From: Flavobacteriia bacterium
GTDB lineage: Bacteria; Bacteroidota; Bacteroidia; Flavobacteriales; Flavobacteriaceae
Direction of reading: 5' to 3'
Assembly: GCA_030625645.1 (NCBI GenBank)
Contig: DAOUQH010000001.1
Span: 22,331 to 86,330, forward strand
Length of the DNA stretch: 64,000 nucleotides
The position numbers and the translations under genes were made by a program. Below, piece after piece: positions 10,627 through 20,443 of the stretch. The notes beneath the pieces are model-generated. The model was not told where the DNA came from. It saw only the letters and a program-made list of their open reading frames with translations, and did not search any database. Position 1 is the first letter of the stretch, and each line of letters begins with the position of its first letter.

Positions 10627-11520
10627 TTACTTACACAAAGCCTCTAAGGTATCTTCTATTTCACCTGGAGTATCCATAATTTTCATAAAAGTACCCATTG
10701 TTAATTCAGGCCAGCATACAGCCAAGCGATAGCGTCCGTGTAACATTGTGGCTTCAGTACCTTGTAAAATAATTTCATAAGGCATTGCGGCAATATGATC
10801 TTCGCCAATAATTGGCAGGAATTGTGCTTCGCCAATAGTTTTGTCCATTAGGCCAACTCCAAAAACAGCAATTTTATTTGATGAAAATTTAAGTTTATAG
10901 ATCAATTTCGTATTCCCTTTTTTAGCTGCAAGATTCTTTTCAATAATTTTCACACCTTCTTCAAATGAGTCAAAATCTTCTAATTCTACAGGGTCTGTAA
11001 AATAAGGCATCATCATTTTGTATTGATATTTTTGTATTTGCTTAGCGGATAAAGAACCTCCAAAAGGTTTATTTTCATTTCCTAAAGTAGATAAAGCAGA
11101 TTTTGCATCAGTAGCTACTTTTTTTAGTGCTGTTTTATTAGAGATATAATTCTTTCCTAAATAGGCATTAAAAATGTATTCCGGATTCAAATAACTTATA
11201 GTTGTATTCCCGCCTTTAGAGATTAAACCAACTTTAAGCGCAGCTGCAAGCGCACCGCGATCTTTTACTTTTAATACTGTAGTTTGTAGATCTTTTCGAG
11301 TATAAACTATTACTTTTAAGTTAGATTTGTTTTCAGGATTATATTCTCCGATAATTTTAAAACCCTTACTTTCAAGAGCAGATTTCACTTGATTTGATGT
11401 TTGGCTGATATCAGAATTGGAAACACCAACTTTAATGTAAGGTGATAAGTTTTGTGCTTTAGCAGTATTAAATCCAAAAAATAGGAAAATCAATAAAGCA
11501 CTTGAAATAAATTTTTTCAT
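10627..11520 (-). CDS. Hypothetical exported protein
   Basis: 297-aa ORF with a Sec signal peptide ending AKA|Q; no recognisable catalytic motif. Confidence 0.8.
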   Translation of the reverse strand: MKKFISSALLIFLFFGFNTAKAQNLSPYIKVGVSNSDISQTSNQVKSALESKGFKIIGEYNPENKSNLKVIVYTRKDLQTTVLKVKDRGALAAALKVGLISKGGNTTISYLNPEYIFNAYLGKNYISNKTALKKVATDAKSALSTLGNENKPFGGSLSAKQIQKYQYKMMMPYFTDPVELEDFDSFEEGVKIIEKNLAAKKGNTKLIYKLKFSSNKIAVFGVGLMDKTIGEAQFLPIIGEDHIAAMPYEIILQGTEATMLHGRYRLAVCWPELTMGTFMKIMDTPGEIEDTLEALCK

Positions 11521-11757
11521 GATGTTGTTTGTTAAAAGTTAAATTAATGATTAAGTTAAGCAAATGATTAACAAAAGTGTTCCCAAGCACTTTCTTTAAT
11601 CGACCGCTAAATTACTAAGCAATATCAATTTAAAAACTAATATTTATCATATAAAAAGATTTTCTTTTTATATTTACAAAGAAGTAATTTTGGTGTCTTT
11701 TTATTTATTTTAATATAACAGAACTACTTTATACATTAAAAAAATAAATATTTTAAC

Positions 11758-12480
11758 TTGAAAAAATTAATACTAAGGAGTTTTATTTTTATTCTTTTTA
11801 TTCAATCTCATTTTTTGATTGCACAAGAGTGGAAAGATATAAAATCTTATCAAAAAGAAACTGGCAACACTTCACTTATTGATGGTAATTGGCTTAAAAA
11901 AGACAGGAAGAAACAAACTCATATTTGGAAACAAGCAAACAAGTATAATTTGAGTTTAAAGAATGGTAACAATAAATATAAAACGGTTAATCAAATAAGA
12001 GATTTTTATTTGTGGTTTGATGAAGAAATAAAAAACCAAGGTTATGAAATTAAATGGTTTGGAATTGCTCCAATTGCAGCAAATCAAATATCAAAAGCAA
12101 ATTTATTTTTAATACGAGTGTTTATTATTAGAAATAATGAGTTAATTAGTTTTCTAAACAATGGATCAAAAAAAGTATTTTCTTATGCTTTTACTGAAAT
12201 GGAAGAAATTTATTTTTCAAATGAAATAATTAAAGGTAAAGATGCAGAAAAATGGGATGCTAAATATGGTTTGGATGAACAATGTATAATACTAGAACCT
12301 CTTTATAACGATTTATCTGAAAAATCAATTAAGAAATTAGAAAGAATGGCAAAACGAAAAGGAATTTTTTATTTTGGAATTCCAAAGAGTCTAGAATTTG
12401 AAGGTGATATCAAAGATTGTAAAACCAGATTTAATCATGGTGTTAATAAACTTCAGCCTTTTTATTTAGAAAATAACTAA
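11758..12480 (+). CDS. Hypothetical exported protein
   Basis: 240-aa ORF, TTG start, signal peptide ending LIA|Q; fills the gap to radA. Confidence 0.7.
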   Translation: MKKLILRSFIFILFIQSHFLIAQEWKDIKSYQKETGNTSLIDGNWLKKDRKKQTHIWKQANKYNLSLKNGNNKYKTVNQIRDFYLWFDEEIKNQGYEIKWFGIAPIAANQISKANLFLIRVFIIRNNELISFLNNGSKKVFSYAFTEMEEIYFSNEIIKGKDAEKWDAKYGLDEQCIILEPLYNDLSEKSIKKLERMAKRKGIFYFGIPKSLEFEGDIKDCKTRFNHGVNKLQPFYLENN

Positions 12481-13832
12481 AATAACACCTTTACCACATC
12501 TTCAATTTTTGAAACTTTAATAATCTCAATATCATATTTATTTTTCGGAATTTTATTGAATTTTGAGAGCATTATTTTATCAAAGCCTAATTTTTCGGCT
12601 TCTAAAATTCGTTGATCAATTCTGGTTACAGCTCTAATTTCACCTGATAGTCCAACTTCAGCAGCAAAACAAATATTTTGTGGAATAGCTTCATCTTCAT
12701 TAGAGGATAAAATCGAACAAACCACAGCCAAATCTATTGCAGGATCCTCTACCTTTAAGCCTCCGGCAATATTTAAAAATACATCTTTTGCACCAAGTCT
12801 AAATCCGGCTCTTTTCTCTAAAACTGCTAGCAGCATATTTAGCCTTTTAATATTATAACCAGTGGCAGATCTTTGTGGAGTTCCATAAACCGCAGTACTT
12901 ACAAGAGCCTGTACCTCAATCATTAATGGTCTCATTCCTTCTAAAGTAGCTGAAATTGCAGTACCTGTTAAATCAGCATCTTTTTCTGAAATTAACACTT
13001 CTGAAGGGTTGCTAACTTCTCTTAATCCGCTTCCCAACATTTCGTAAATTCCTAATTCGGCAGTTGAACCATATCTATTTTTTTGAGCTCTTAAAATTCG
13101 ATAAGTATGATTTCTATCTCCTTCAAATTGTAAAACAACATCTACCATATGTTCTAATATTTTAGGCCCAGCAATAGAACCTTCTTTAGTGATGTGTCCA
13201 ATTAAAATTACAGGCGTATCAGTTTCTTTGGAAAATTTTATTAATTCGGCTGAGGTTTCTCTTATTTGCGAAATACTTCCAGGAGAAGCTTCAATATAAT
13301 CTGTATGAAGTGTTTGAACAGAGTCGATTACAACAATATCTGGATTTGTCTCTCCAATAATTTTAAAAATATTTTGTGTTTTTGTTTCGGTTAAAATAAG
13401 ACAATTATCATTGGTGCTTTTTAGTCTTTCTGCTCGAATTTTTATTTGTGACTGACTTTCTTCTCCCGAAACATATAGTACTTTTTGATTTACATTTAAT
13501 GCAATTTGTAAGACTAAAGTAGATTTTCCAATTCCGGGTTCACCGCCCAGTAAAACAATAGATCCTTTTACCAAACCAGAGCCTAAAACCCTGTTAAGTT
13601 CAGTATTTAAAGTATCAATTCTTTCTTCTTGTGTAGTTGTAATCTCATTTATTTTTTGAACTTTATTTACTTTTTTGTTAACTGTAGTTTGTTTCCAATT
13701 GCGTTTTTCCTCTTTCTGAATTACTTCTTCAACAATCGTGTTCCACTCATTACAGGCAGAACATTTTCCTATCCATTTTGGATGTTGTGTACCGCAATTT
13801 TGACAGAAAAAAGTAGTTTTGGTTTTAGCCAT
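12477..13832 (-). CDS. radA: DNA repair protein RadA/Sms
   Basis: N-terminal C4 zinc finger, GGEPGIGKST, KNRYG motif, Lon-like C-terminus. Confidence 0.96.
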   Translation of the reverse strand: MAKTKTTFFCQNCGTQHPKWIGKCSACNEWNTIVEEVIQKEEKRNWKQTTVNKKVNKVQKINEITTTQEERIDTLNTELNRVLGSGLVKGSIVLLGGEPGIGKSTLVLQIALNVNQKVLYVSGEESQSQIKIRAERLKSTNDNCLILTETKTQNIFKIIGETNPDIVVIDSVQTLHTDYIEASPGSISQIRETSAELIKFSKETDTPVILIGHITKEGSIAGPKILEHMVDVVLQFEGDRNHTYRILRAQKNRYGSTAELGIYEMLGSGLREVSNPSEVLISEKDADLTGTAISATLEGMRPLMIEVQALVSTAVYGTPQRSATGYNIKRLNMLLAVLEKRAGFRLGAKDVFLNIAGGLKVEDPAIDLAVVCSILSSNEDEAIPQNICFAAEVGLSGEIRAVTRIDQRILEAEKLGFDKIMLSKFNKIPKNKYDIEIIKVSKIEDVVKVLF

Positions 13833-13875
13833 TTTATATTTTATTTATTTTCAGTTGCCTCCGATTTTAATCGAA

Positions 13876-14823
13876 TTATTTTTTCAAATACACACAAACA
13901 GGAAAATGATCACTTGCTCCACCAATATAATGTTTTCCTATGTAAGTTCTTCTTGGCGTGCCTCTTCTTTTTCCTTTCTGCTCTCGTAAAAAATAATCAT
14001 CTACAATTTCAGCATTTTTATATTGTAAGCCTGTTTTTCCCTTAAAATTTTCACTTAAAATAATTTGATCAAATAAATACCATTTTCCATGATGACTTGT
14101 TGTTCCTTTTCCTCGTTCTTGAAACTCTAACATTGGATTGAAGAAACTTGAACCAATTAGAAAATTTTTAATACTATTGTTTTTTGGCTCATCATTAAAA
14201 TCACCCATAATAATTATTTTAGGATTCCTATTTTCTAAATAAATTTTGGCAACAATGCTTTGCACTAATTTTGCAGCTTTTACTCTTTTCTTTTCAGAGG
14301 ATATTTTCCCATTATTTCTAGATGGCCAATGATTAACAATGATATAGATTTGCTCATCGAGAAGTTTTCCAGAAATTAGTAAAATATCACGTGTATAATC
14401 TCTGCCCTGGTTTTCATCTTCTAATAGTAATGGATAAGTATCCGAATAAATTAATTCAAAATATTGTTTTTGGTATAAAAAAGCAACATCAATGCCTCTT
14501 TCGTCAGGAGAGTCATAGTGAACAAAATTATAATCATAACTTATTAAGGATTCAGAATTGATTAGATCATTTAAAACTGTTTGATTTTCAACTTCTGCAA
14601 CACCCAAAAATATTGGAGGAAACCCAGCCTGTTCTTCCCCAATTTTTGAGATAACAGTACTTAATTTATCTAATTTAGTTCTATATTTGTTTTCATCCCA
14701 TCGCAGTTCACCTTTTGGAGTAAAACTCTTATCTAAAGTATATTCGTTATGTTGTGTATCGAATAAATTCTCTAAATTATAGAACGCTATTGTAAAATTA
14801 TTTGTCGAAATTTTATTAGGCAT
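13876..14823 (-). CDS. Endonuclease/exonuclease/phosphatase family protein
   Basis: FYNLENLFD, AEVEN, NHWPSR, MGDFND, FDQII, SDHFPV. Confidence 0.9.
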   Translation of the reverse strand: MPNKISTNNFTIAFYNLENLFDTQHNEYTLDKSFTPKGELRWDENKYRTKLDKLSTVISKIGEEQAGFPPIFLGVAEVENQTVLNDLINSESLISYDYNFVHYDSPDERGIDVAFLYQKQYFELIYSDTYPLLLEDENQGRDYTRDILLISGKLLDEQIYIIVNHWPSRNNGKISSEKKRVKAAKLVQSIVAKIYLENRNPKIIIMGDFNDEPKNNSIKNFLIGSSFFNPMLEFQERGKGTTSHHGKWYLFDQIILSENFKGKTGLQYKNAEIVDDYFLREQKGKRRGTPRRTYIGKHYIGGASDHFPVCVYLKK

Positions 14824-14901
14824 ATAAAGAAATAATAAAAACGAAAGTACAAAAAAATTAATCTGCGCAAGCTTTAAAAACTTTATTTATAAATTTGTAA
14901 T

Positions 14902-16104
14902 ATGATTGAAAAAAAGAAAGAGAACATTGAGAATGTTGTTTTAATTGGTGTTATCACTCAACATCAAAATGAGGAAAAGTCGAAGGAGTATTTAGATGAA
15001 TTAGAATTTCTTACTTATACAGCAGGAGGCAAAGTTAAAAAAAGGTTTACTCAAAAAGTAGATTCTCCAAACCCAAAGACATTTATTGGAAAAGGAAAAC
15101 TAGAGGAGGTTAAAAAATATATTGATGAAAATGATATTCAAACTATTATTTTTGATGATGAATTAAACCCAGGTCAATTGCGAAATATCGAAAAGGTTTT
15201 AGAAGAAAAAGTTTTAGATAGAACCAATTTGATATTAGATATTTTTGCACAAAGAGCCCAAACTTCATATGCAAAATTTCAAGTTGAGCTAGCACAGCAT
15301 CAATATTTGTTACCTAGATTAACCGGATTATGGACTCATCTAGAAAGGCAAAAGGGAGGTATTGGTTTACGTGGGCCAGGAGAAACAGAAATTGAAACAG
15401 ACAGAAGAATAATTCGCGATAAAATTTCACTTTTAAAAAAGAAGCTGGTAAAAATTGACAAACAAATGGCAGTTCAGCGGAAGAATAGAGGGAATATGGT
15501 TCGTGCTGCCTTAGTTGGCTATACAAATGTTGGCAAATCTACTTTAATGAATGTTATCAGTAAAAGTGATGTTTTTGCCGAAGATAAACTTTTTGCGACT
15601 TTAGACACAACGGTAAGAAAAGTGGTCGTAAAAAATATTCCTTTTTTACTTACAGATACAGTAGGATTTATTAGAAAATTACCAACACAATTGGTTGAAT
15701 CATTTAAATCTACTTTAGATGAAGTAAGAGAAGCCGATCTTTTGTTACATGTTGTTGATATTTCACATCCAAATTTTGAAGATCATATAGATTCAGTAAA
15801 TAAAATTTTAGAAGAAATTAAAAGTATTGATAAACCAATATTAATGGTTTTTAATAAGATTGACGCATATAACAACGAGGTTATTGATGAAGATGATCTA
15901 ATTACCGAAAAAACCAAAGCACATTACACTCTAGAAGAATGGGAAAAAACATGGATGGGTAAAATGGATGGAAATTGTATTTTTATTTCGGCATTAAAAA
16001 AGATTAATTTAGAGGAATTTAAAATGAAGGTTTATGAAGAAGTTAAAAAAATTCATATAAAAAAATTTCCTTATAATGCATTTTTATATGAGGAATATGA
16101 GTAG
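14902..16104 (+). CDS. hflX: Ribosome-splitting GTPase HflX
   Basis: RGPGETEIETDRR, GYTNVGKST, FATLDTT, DTVGFI, NKID. Confidence 0.97.
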   Translation: MIEKKKENIENVVLIGVITQHQNEEKSKEYLDELEFLTYTAGGKVKKRFTQKVDSPNPKTFIGKGKLEEVKKYIDENDIQTIIFDDELNPGQLRNIEKVLEEKVLDRTNLILDIFAQRAQTSYAKFQVELAQHQYLLPRLTGLWTHLERQKGGIGLRGPGETEIETDRRIIRDKISLLKKKLVKIDKQMAVQRKNRGNMVRAALVGYTNVGKSTLMNVISKSDVFAEDKLFATLDTTVRKVVVKNIPFLLTDTVGFIRKLPTQLVESFKSTLDEVREADLLLHVVDISHPNFEDHIDSVNKILEEIKSIDKPILMVFNKIDAYNNEVIDEDDLITEKTKAHYTLEEWEKTWMGKMDGNCIFISALKKINLEEFKMKVYEEVKKIHIKKFPYNAFLYEEYE

Positions 16105-16141
16105 TTAGTAATAAAATTTGGGATTATCCTTCTCCCTAAGT

Positions 16142-17227
16142 TTATATATCTTCTTGAAAATCAGGACTATCTTTATCGATAATTCCGCGACGATTTGCTC
16201 GAATTTTCCATAATTTTCTTGCTAAAACTTGTAGGTCTTCATCACTATCACTTTCATCGACAATTTCTAGACCCAAAAGAGTTTCTATAATATCTTCTTG
16301 GGTTATCAAACCACTTACCGAGCCAAATTCATCTACAACTAAGGCTACATGTTCTTGGTTTTCTATCAGTTTATCTAAAAGTGTGGGGATTGACTCTTCT
16401 CTATTAGTTTCCATAATCTCTCTTTGAATAGTTTGTAGAGGCTTATCTCCATTTCCATCAATGATAGATTCCAGCAATTCGTCTTTTAAAATATAACCTC
16501 TAATATCATCTACAGAATCATCATAAACGGGAACTCTAGAAAATTTTAATTTAGGATTATCATCATAAAAATCTTTAATTAATTTTTTGTTCGAAGAAAT
16601 TTTAATTACAGTTCTTGGTGTCATAATATCTTTCACCAAAACTTTATCAAAATCTATCATATTTTTCATCAACTCTCTTTCTTTTTCTTGAAAAATCCCT
16701 TCTTCTTCAGCCATATCAGCCATGGCATGAAAATCTTCACGACTTACAGAAGTTGAATCTGAACTCTCTCCAACCAATTTTGTAAAAAATTGCAATACCC
16801 ATAAAATTCCAGTATATTTTAGAGGAAACATCAAAGCATAAATTGCTTTTGTTGCAAAATTTGCAAGTTGTTTCCAATATTTTGCACCAATAGATTTCGG
16901 GATAATTTCAGAAAGGATTAAGATCAATAAAGTCATTATTGTTGAAACAATACCTACGGAATTATTACCTGAGCCAAATGTTTTTTCGGCTTGTACACCA
17001 ACTAATATTGCACCAACTGTATGGGCAATAGTATTTACAGTTAATATTGCAATGATTGGTTTGTCAATATCGTCTTTTAATTTTTCTAGATCTTTAGCAT
17101 AACCCATACCTTCATTTTTTTTTACAGTAATAAAAGTTGGTGTAACACTTAACAGTACAGATTCTAAGATAGAACACAAAAAAGAGAAAGCTATGGATAC
17201 AACTCCATAAATTATTAATAATGTCAT
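16142..17227 (-). CDS. CNNM/hemolysin family (DUF21 + CBS pair) membrane protein
   Basis: N-terminal TM DUF21 (SEIIPKSIG), IMTPR, FSRVPVY, VVDEFG CBS motifs. Confidence 0.9.
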   Translation of the reverse strand: MTLLIIYGVVSIAFSFLCSILESVLLSVTPTFITVKKNEGMGYAKDLEKLKDDIDKPIIAILTVNTIAHTVGAILVGVQAEKTFGSGNNSVGIVSTIMTLLILILSEIIPKSIGAKYWKQLANFATKAIYALMFPLKYTGILWVLQFFTKLVGESSDSTSVSREDFHAMADMAEEEGIFQEKERELMKNMIDFDKVLVKDIMTPRTVIKISSNKKLIKDFYDDNPKLKFSRVPVYDDSVDDIRGYILKDELLESIIDGNGDKPLQTIQREIMETNREESIPTLLDKLIENQEHVALVVDEFGSVSGLITQEDIIETLLGLEIVDESDSDEDLQVLARKLWKIRANRRGIIDKDSPDFQEDI

Positions 17228-17331
17228 TTATTTATATAAATATTTAATGCTAAGGTATAAAATTTTAGATTATTTGAAAGGTTTATATGATATTTTAAAA
17301 ATTAGCTCCTTTAGTAAGTGTAAAAACCAAT

Positions 17332-18240
17332 CTAAAAATTATAATTTACACCGAGACCAAATACTTCTCTAACTTGAAATCCCGAATAGGCATTATCATC
17401 ATAAATTGTTTGAAAGGTAAGATTGGTTGAAAATAAATTATTAATTTTCATTACTAAATTCATGGTGTAATCAATGTCAACATTTTGTGGTTTTTCTAGG
17501 TAGTTTGAATATAGTGAAAGCATGTTTTCCATACTTATATTTTTCATCAAATCAAATTTATAATAAGCTCTTAGATTCAATCCAAACTCAAATAAACTAG
17601 TGTCACCTGGGTCAACACCAAAGGTTTTTACATCATTGCTAGATTCAAATAAATGTGTATCACTATTGAAAGTGTAAATTTCATCAAAAAGAAAAGTAAA
17701 TTTAGTGGTTATTGGTGCAATATTAACATAAAGATTATCGCTTTTTTTCCATAAAAAACCAGGTCCAAAACTCCAGTATGCAGGCTTAAATAAACCAGAT
17801 GTTAGAAAATTCTCATTATCACCGAGAAAGTCATCGGTATAATCGTAACCATCAGAAAATTGGGTTTTAAAATTCATAAAAAAGGAAGCACTCCAATTCT
17901 TTTTTAATTTTTTACCTAAGATTGAGTTTAGCTCTAATCTGTCATCTGATTTTCTTGTACCGTCATTTTTTGTATTTGTCAAACCATAACTAGCTAATAA
18001 TTTATTATCAAGAGTCCAGTCTCCTTTTTTATAATTAAAATCATAATTTGCATTAAGGTTTCCTGCAAAACTATTATCTCCGCCTGTTTGCCAGTTAGAA
18101 AAAGCCGATTGATTAGCTAGAAATGTTAATTTTCCTGTAGTTGCCCATCCATCAGGAATTGTATCTTTTTTTGCTTCATCTTGGGCAAAAAGCAAAGACG
18201 CACTAATAAGTAAAAATAATGTGAGAATTATATTTTTCAT
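17332..18240 (-). CDS. DUF3078 family outer-membrane beta-barrel protein
   Basis: Signal peptide, NQSAFSNWQTGG, RKSDDRLEL, terminal FGLGVNYNF beta-signal. Confidence 0.8.
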   Translation of the reverse strand: MKNIILTLFLLISASLLFAQDEAKKDTIPDGWATTGKLTFLANQSAFSNWQTGGDNSFAGNLNANYDFNYKKGDWTLDNKLLASYGLTNTKNDGTRKSDDRLELNSILGKKLKKNWSASFFMNFKTQFSDGYDYTDDFLGDNENFLTSGLFKPAYWSFGPGFLWKKSDNLYVNIAPITTKFTFLFDEIYTFNSDTHLFESSNDVKTFGVDPGDTSLFEFGLNLRAYYKFDLMKNISMENMLSLYSNYLEKPQNVDIDYTMNLVMKINNLFSTNLTFQTIYDDNAYSGFQVREVFGLGVNYNF

Positions 18241-18391
18241 TTTTATAAAAAAGGTTTAATAATGGACAAAAATATATATTTTCTCCTAAATTTATAGAAT
18301 AATCTTCTTTTAAAATTTTTTCATTTTTTTTGAAGAAAAACATCACTAAAATGTACTTGGATTAGAACTAACACAAATGATTTATTTAATA

Positions 18392-18427
18392 AGAAGACCG
18401 AAGAACTAATTAGTTCTTCGGTCTTCT
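18392..18427 (-). terminator. Perfect 36-bp palindrome, probable terminator of the hox operon
   Basis: agaagaccgaagaactaa|ttagttcttcggtcttct, 30 bp downstream of the hoxW stop. Confidence 0.65.
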
Positions 18428-18457
18428 GTATTTTTGTAAAATAGGTACTATTAATTT

Positions 18458-18904
18458 TTAAAAAGTGGTTTTAATGTTGTCGAAATTTTCTTTTGCTTTT
18501 TTAAAGTTTAATTTTGCCTTATCGCTTAATCCGATTTCCAAATTCCATTCAAACCCCTCTACACCAATAATATATGCTTTGGGTTTGTGTTGGTATAAAT
18601 TTTCAGCTAAATACAAAATCGTTTCAGGCATCAACTCATGTGTGCTGAAGCTAAATTTATCGGAAGATTTACAAGGGTTAAAATAAAATCCTTTTTCAGT
18701 TTTTTGTTTTACGGCATCTACAAATATTACTGTATCATAACTACAAATTAGTTCGGCATCTTCAATTTGCAATTGGTATCGATAATCAAGGTCGAAATTT
18801 AAAGACTCTGCCTCATTTAAATAATCTATAAATAACCATCCGAGTCCGTCATCTTGTCGACCAACATTACCGATACCTAATACAATTGTTTTATTATTAC
18901 TCAT
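18458..18904 (-). CDS. hoxW: Hydrogenase maturation protease (HoxW-like)
   Basis: VLGIGNVGRQDDGLG, VIFVDA, STH motif; follows hoxH. Confidence 0.88.
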   Translation of the reverse strand: MSNNKTIVLGIGNVGRQDDGLGWLFIDYLNEAESLNFDLDYRYQLQIEDAELICSYDTVIFVDAVKQKTEKGFYFNPCKSSDKFSFSTHELMPETILYLAENLYQHKPKAYIIGVEGFEWNLEIGLSDKAKLNFKKAKENFDNIKTTF

Positions 18905-18981
18905 TCTGTAAAATATTAATGTTTCAATCTATTGAGTGAGAATTTATAGATTAATTTTCGAGTCAATAGGCATAAATTTAA

Positions 18982-20433
18982 TTAACTTCTTTTTAAATCA
19001 ATTAGATTCCCAAGATGATCATACATTGAAATTTCCAATGGCATTTGTCCTATAGCGTGTGTTGCACAGCTTAAACAAGGATCATAAGCTCTAATTGCTA
19101 CTTCTACTTGATTCATCATACCTTCAGTTATTTTTGGTACACCGCTAATTACATTATTGGCAACCCAACTCACAGCCTGGTTCATTGGCTCATTATTGTG
19201 TGTTGTTGATACAATTAAATTACATCGTGTAATTCTGTCTTTTTCATCAACTTCATAATGATGGATTAGAGTTCCACGAGGTGCTTCAATAATCCCTACA
19301 CCTTCTCTACGTCTTTCTCCTCTTCTTGTAAGGTCATTGCTTAAAATATCGTCATCTTCTAGCAGCTCTTTCATCATTTCAGCACAGTACAGCATTTCGA
19401 TTAATCTTGCCCAATGAGAAAACATGGTTCTATTATTAGTTTTTCCATTGTTAGCTGCCATGAATGCTAACCTTTCAAATGCTGCATGAGGTGTGGAAAT
19501 TCCTTCACAAACATTTAATCTAGCCAATGGGCCAACTCTATTCCACCCTTTATCTCTACCTAGGTGCTTCAAATAAGGAAATTTTAAATAAGACCATTTT
19601 TCAACACCTTCATAAAAATAATCTTGATAATCATCATTTGCAATATCATTTAAAGTAATATTCCCATTAGAGTCAATTGCTCTTAAATTACCATCATATA
19701 ACTCTAAAAAGCCATTTTCTTTATTTACTAAGCCTAAATGTCCCGAAGGGTAAGTTGCAAATTCATTAAGCCATTTTGAATTTTTGGAATGATAGACTTT
19801 AATAAAATCAATAATTTCTTTTGACCACTCTATCATTGTATCTACAGAAGGCATGTCTTTGCCATTCAAAAAATAATCTCGTTCTTTTACCGTTACTTTT
19901 TTATGTACACCACCAGGCGATGCTGAAATTCCATGTATCCGTTTTCCAGCTATCATTCTTATTATCTCTTGTCCAAATTTGCGCATTAAAATTCCTTTTT
20001 TTGCCAATTCTGGATATTCCATTGCAACGCCAACTACATTTCTTTTTGCAGGATCTATATCAGATCCAAAAAGAAGATCAGGAGATGCTAAATAAAAAAA
20101 GTGTAGAGCATGTGATTGAAATACTTGTCCGAAATGTAATAATTTTCTAATTTTTTGTGTTGGCATTGAAAGATCATCAGGCTCTAATCCAACAATTTGG
20201 TCAATTGCTTTTGCAGCTGCCAAGTGGTGACTAACGGGGCAAATTCCGCATAAGCGCTGTACTAAAACAGGAGCCTCCCAATATGGATGTCCTTGAATAA
20301 ATCTTTCAAACCCTCTAAACTCTACAATATGAAAAAAGGAATCTTTTACTTTATTATTTTCATCTAAGTTGATAGTTACTTTTCCGTGACCCTCAACTCT
20401 TGTTACTGGGTCAATTACAATTTTACTGCTCAT
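18982..20433 (-). CDS. hoxH: NAD-linked (group 3d-type) [NiFe]-hydrogenase large subunit
   Basis: DPVTRVEGH, L1 RLCGICPVSH, EAPRGTLIHHY, L2 YDPCLSCATH plus a cleavable C-terminal tail. Confidence 0.93.
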   Translation of the reverse strand: MSSKIVIDPVTRVEGHGKVTINLDENNKVKDSFFHIVEFRGFERFIQGHPYWEAPVLVQRLCGICPVSHHLAAAKAIDQIVGLEPDDLSMPTQKIRKLLHFGQVFQSHALHFFYLASPDLLFGSDIDPAKRNVVGVAMEYPELAKKGILMRKFGQEIIRMIAGKRIHGISASPGGVHKKVTVKERDYFLNGKDMPSVDTMIEWSKEIIDFIKVYHSKNSKWLNEFATYPSGHLGLVNKENGFLELYDGNLRAIDSNGNITLNDIANDDYQDYFYEGVEKWSYLKFPYLKHLGRDKGWNRVGPLARLNVCEGISTPHAAFERLAFMAANNGKTNNRTMFSHWARLIEMLYCAEMMKELLEDDDILSNDLTRRGERRREGVGIIEAPRGTLIHHYEVDEKDRITRCNLIVSTTHNNEPMNQAVSWVANNVISGVPKITEGMMNQVEVAIRAYDPCLSCATHAIGQMPLEISMYDHLGNLIDLKRS

Positions 20434-20443
20434 AATCAATAAT

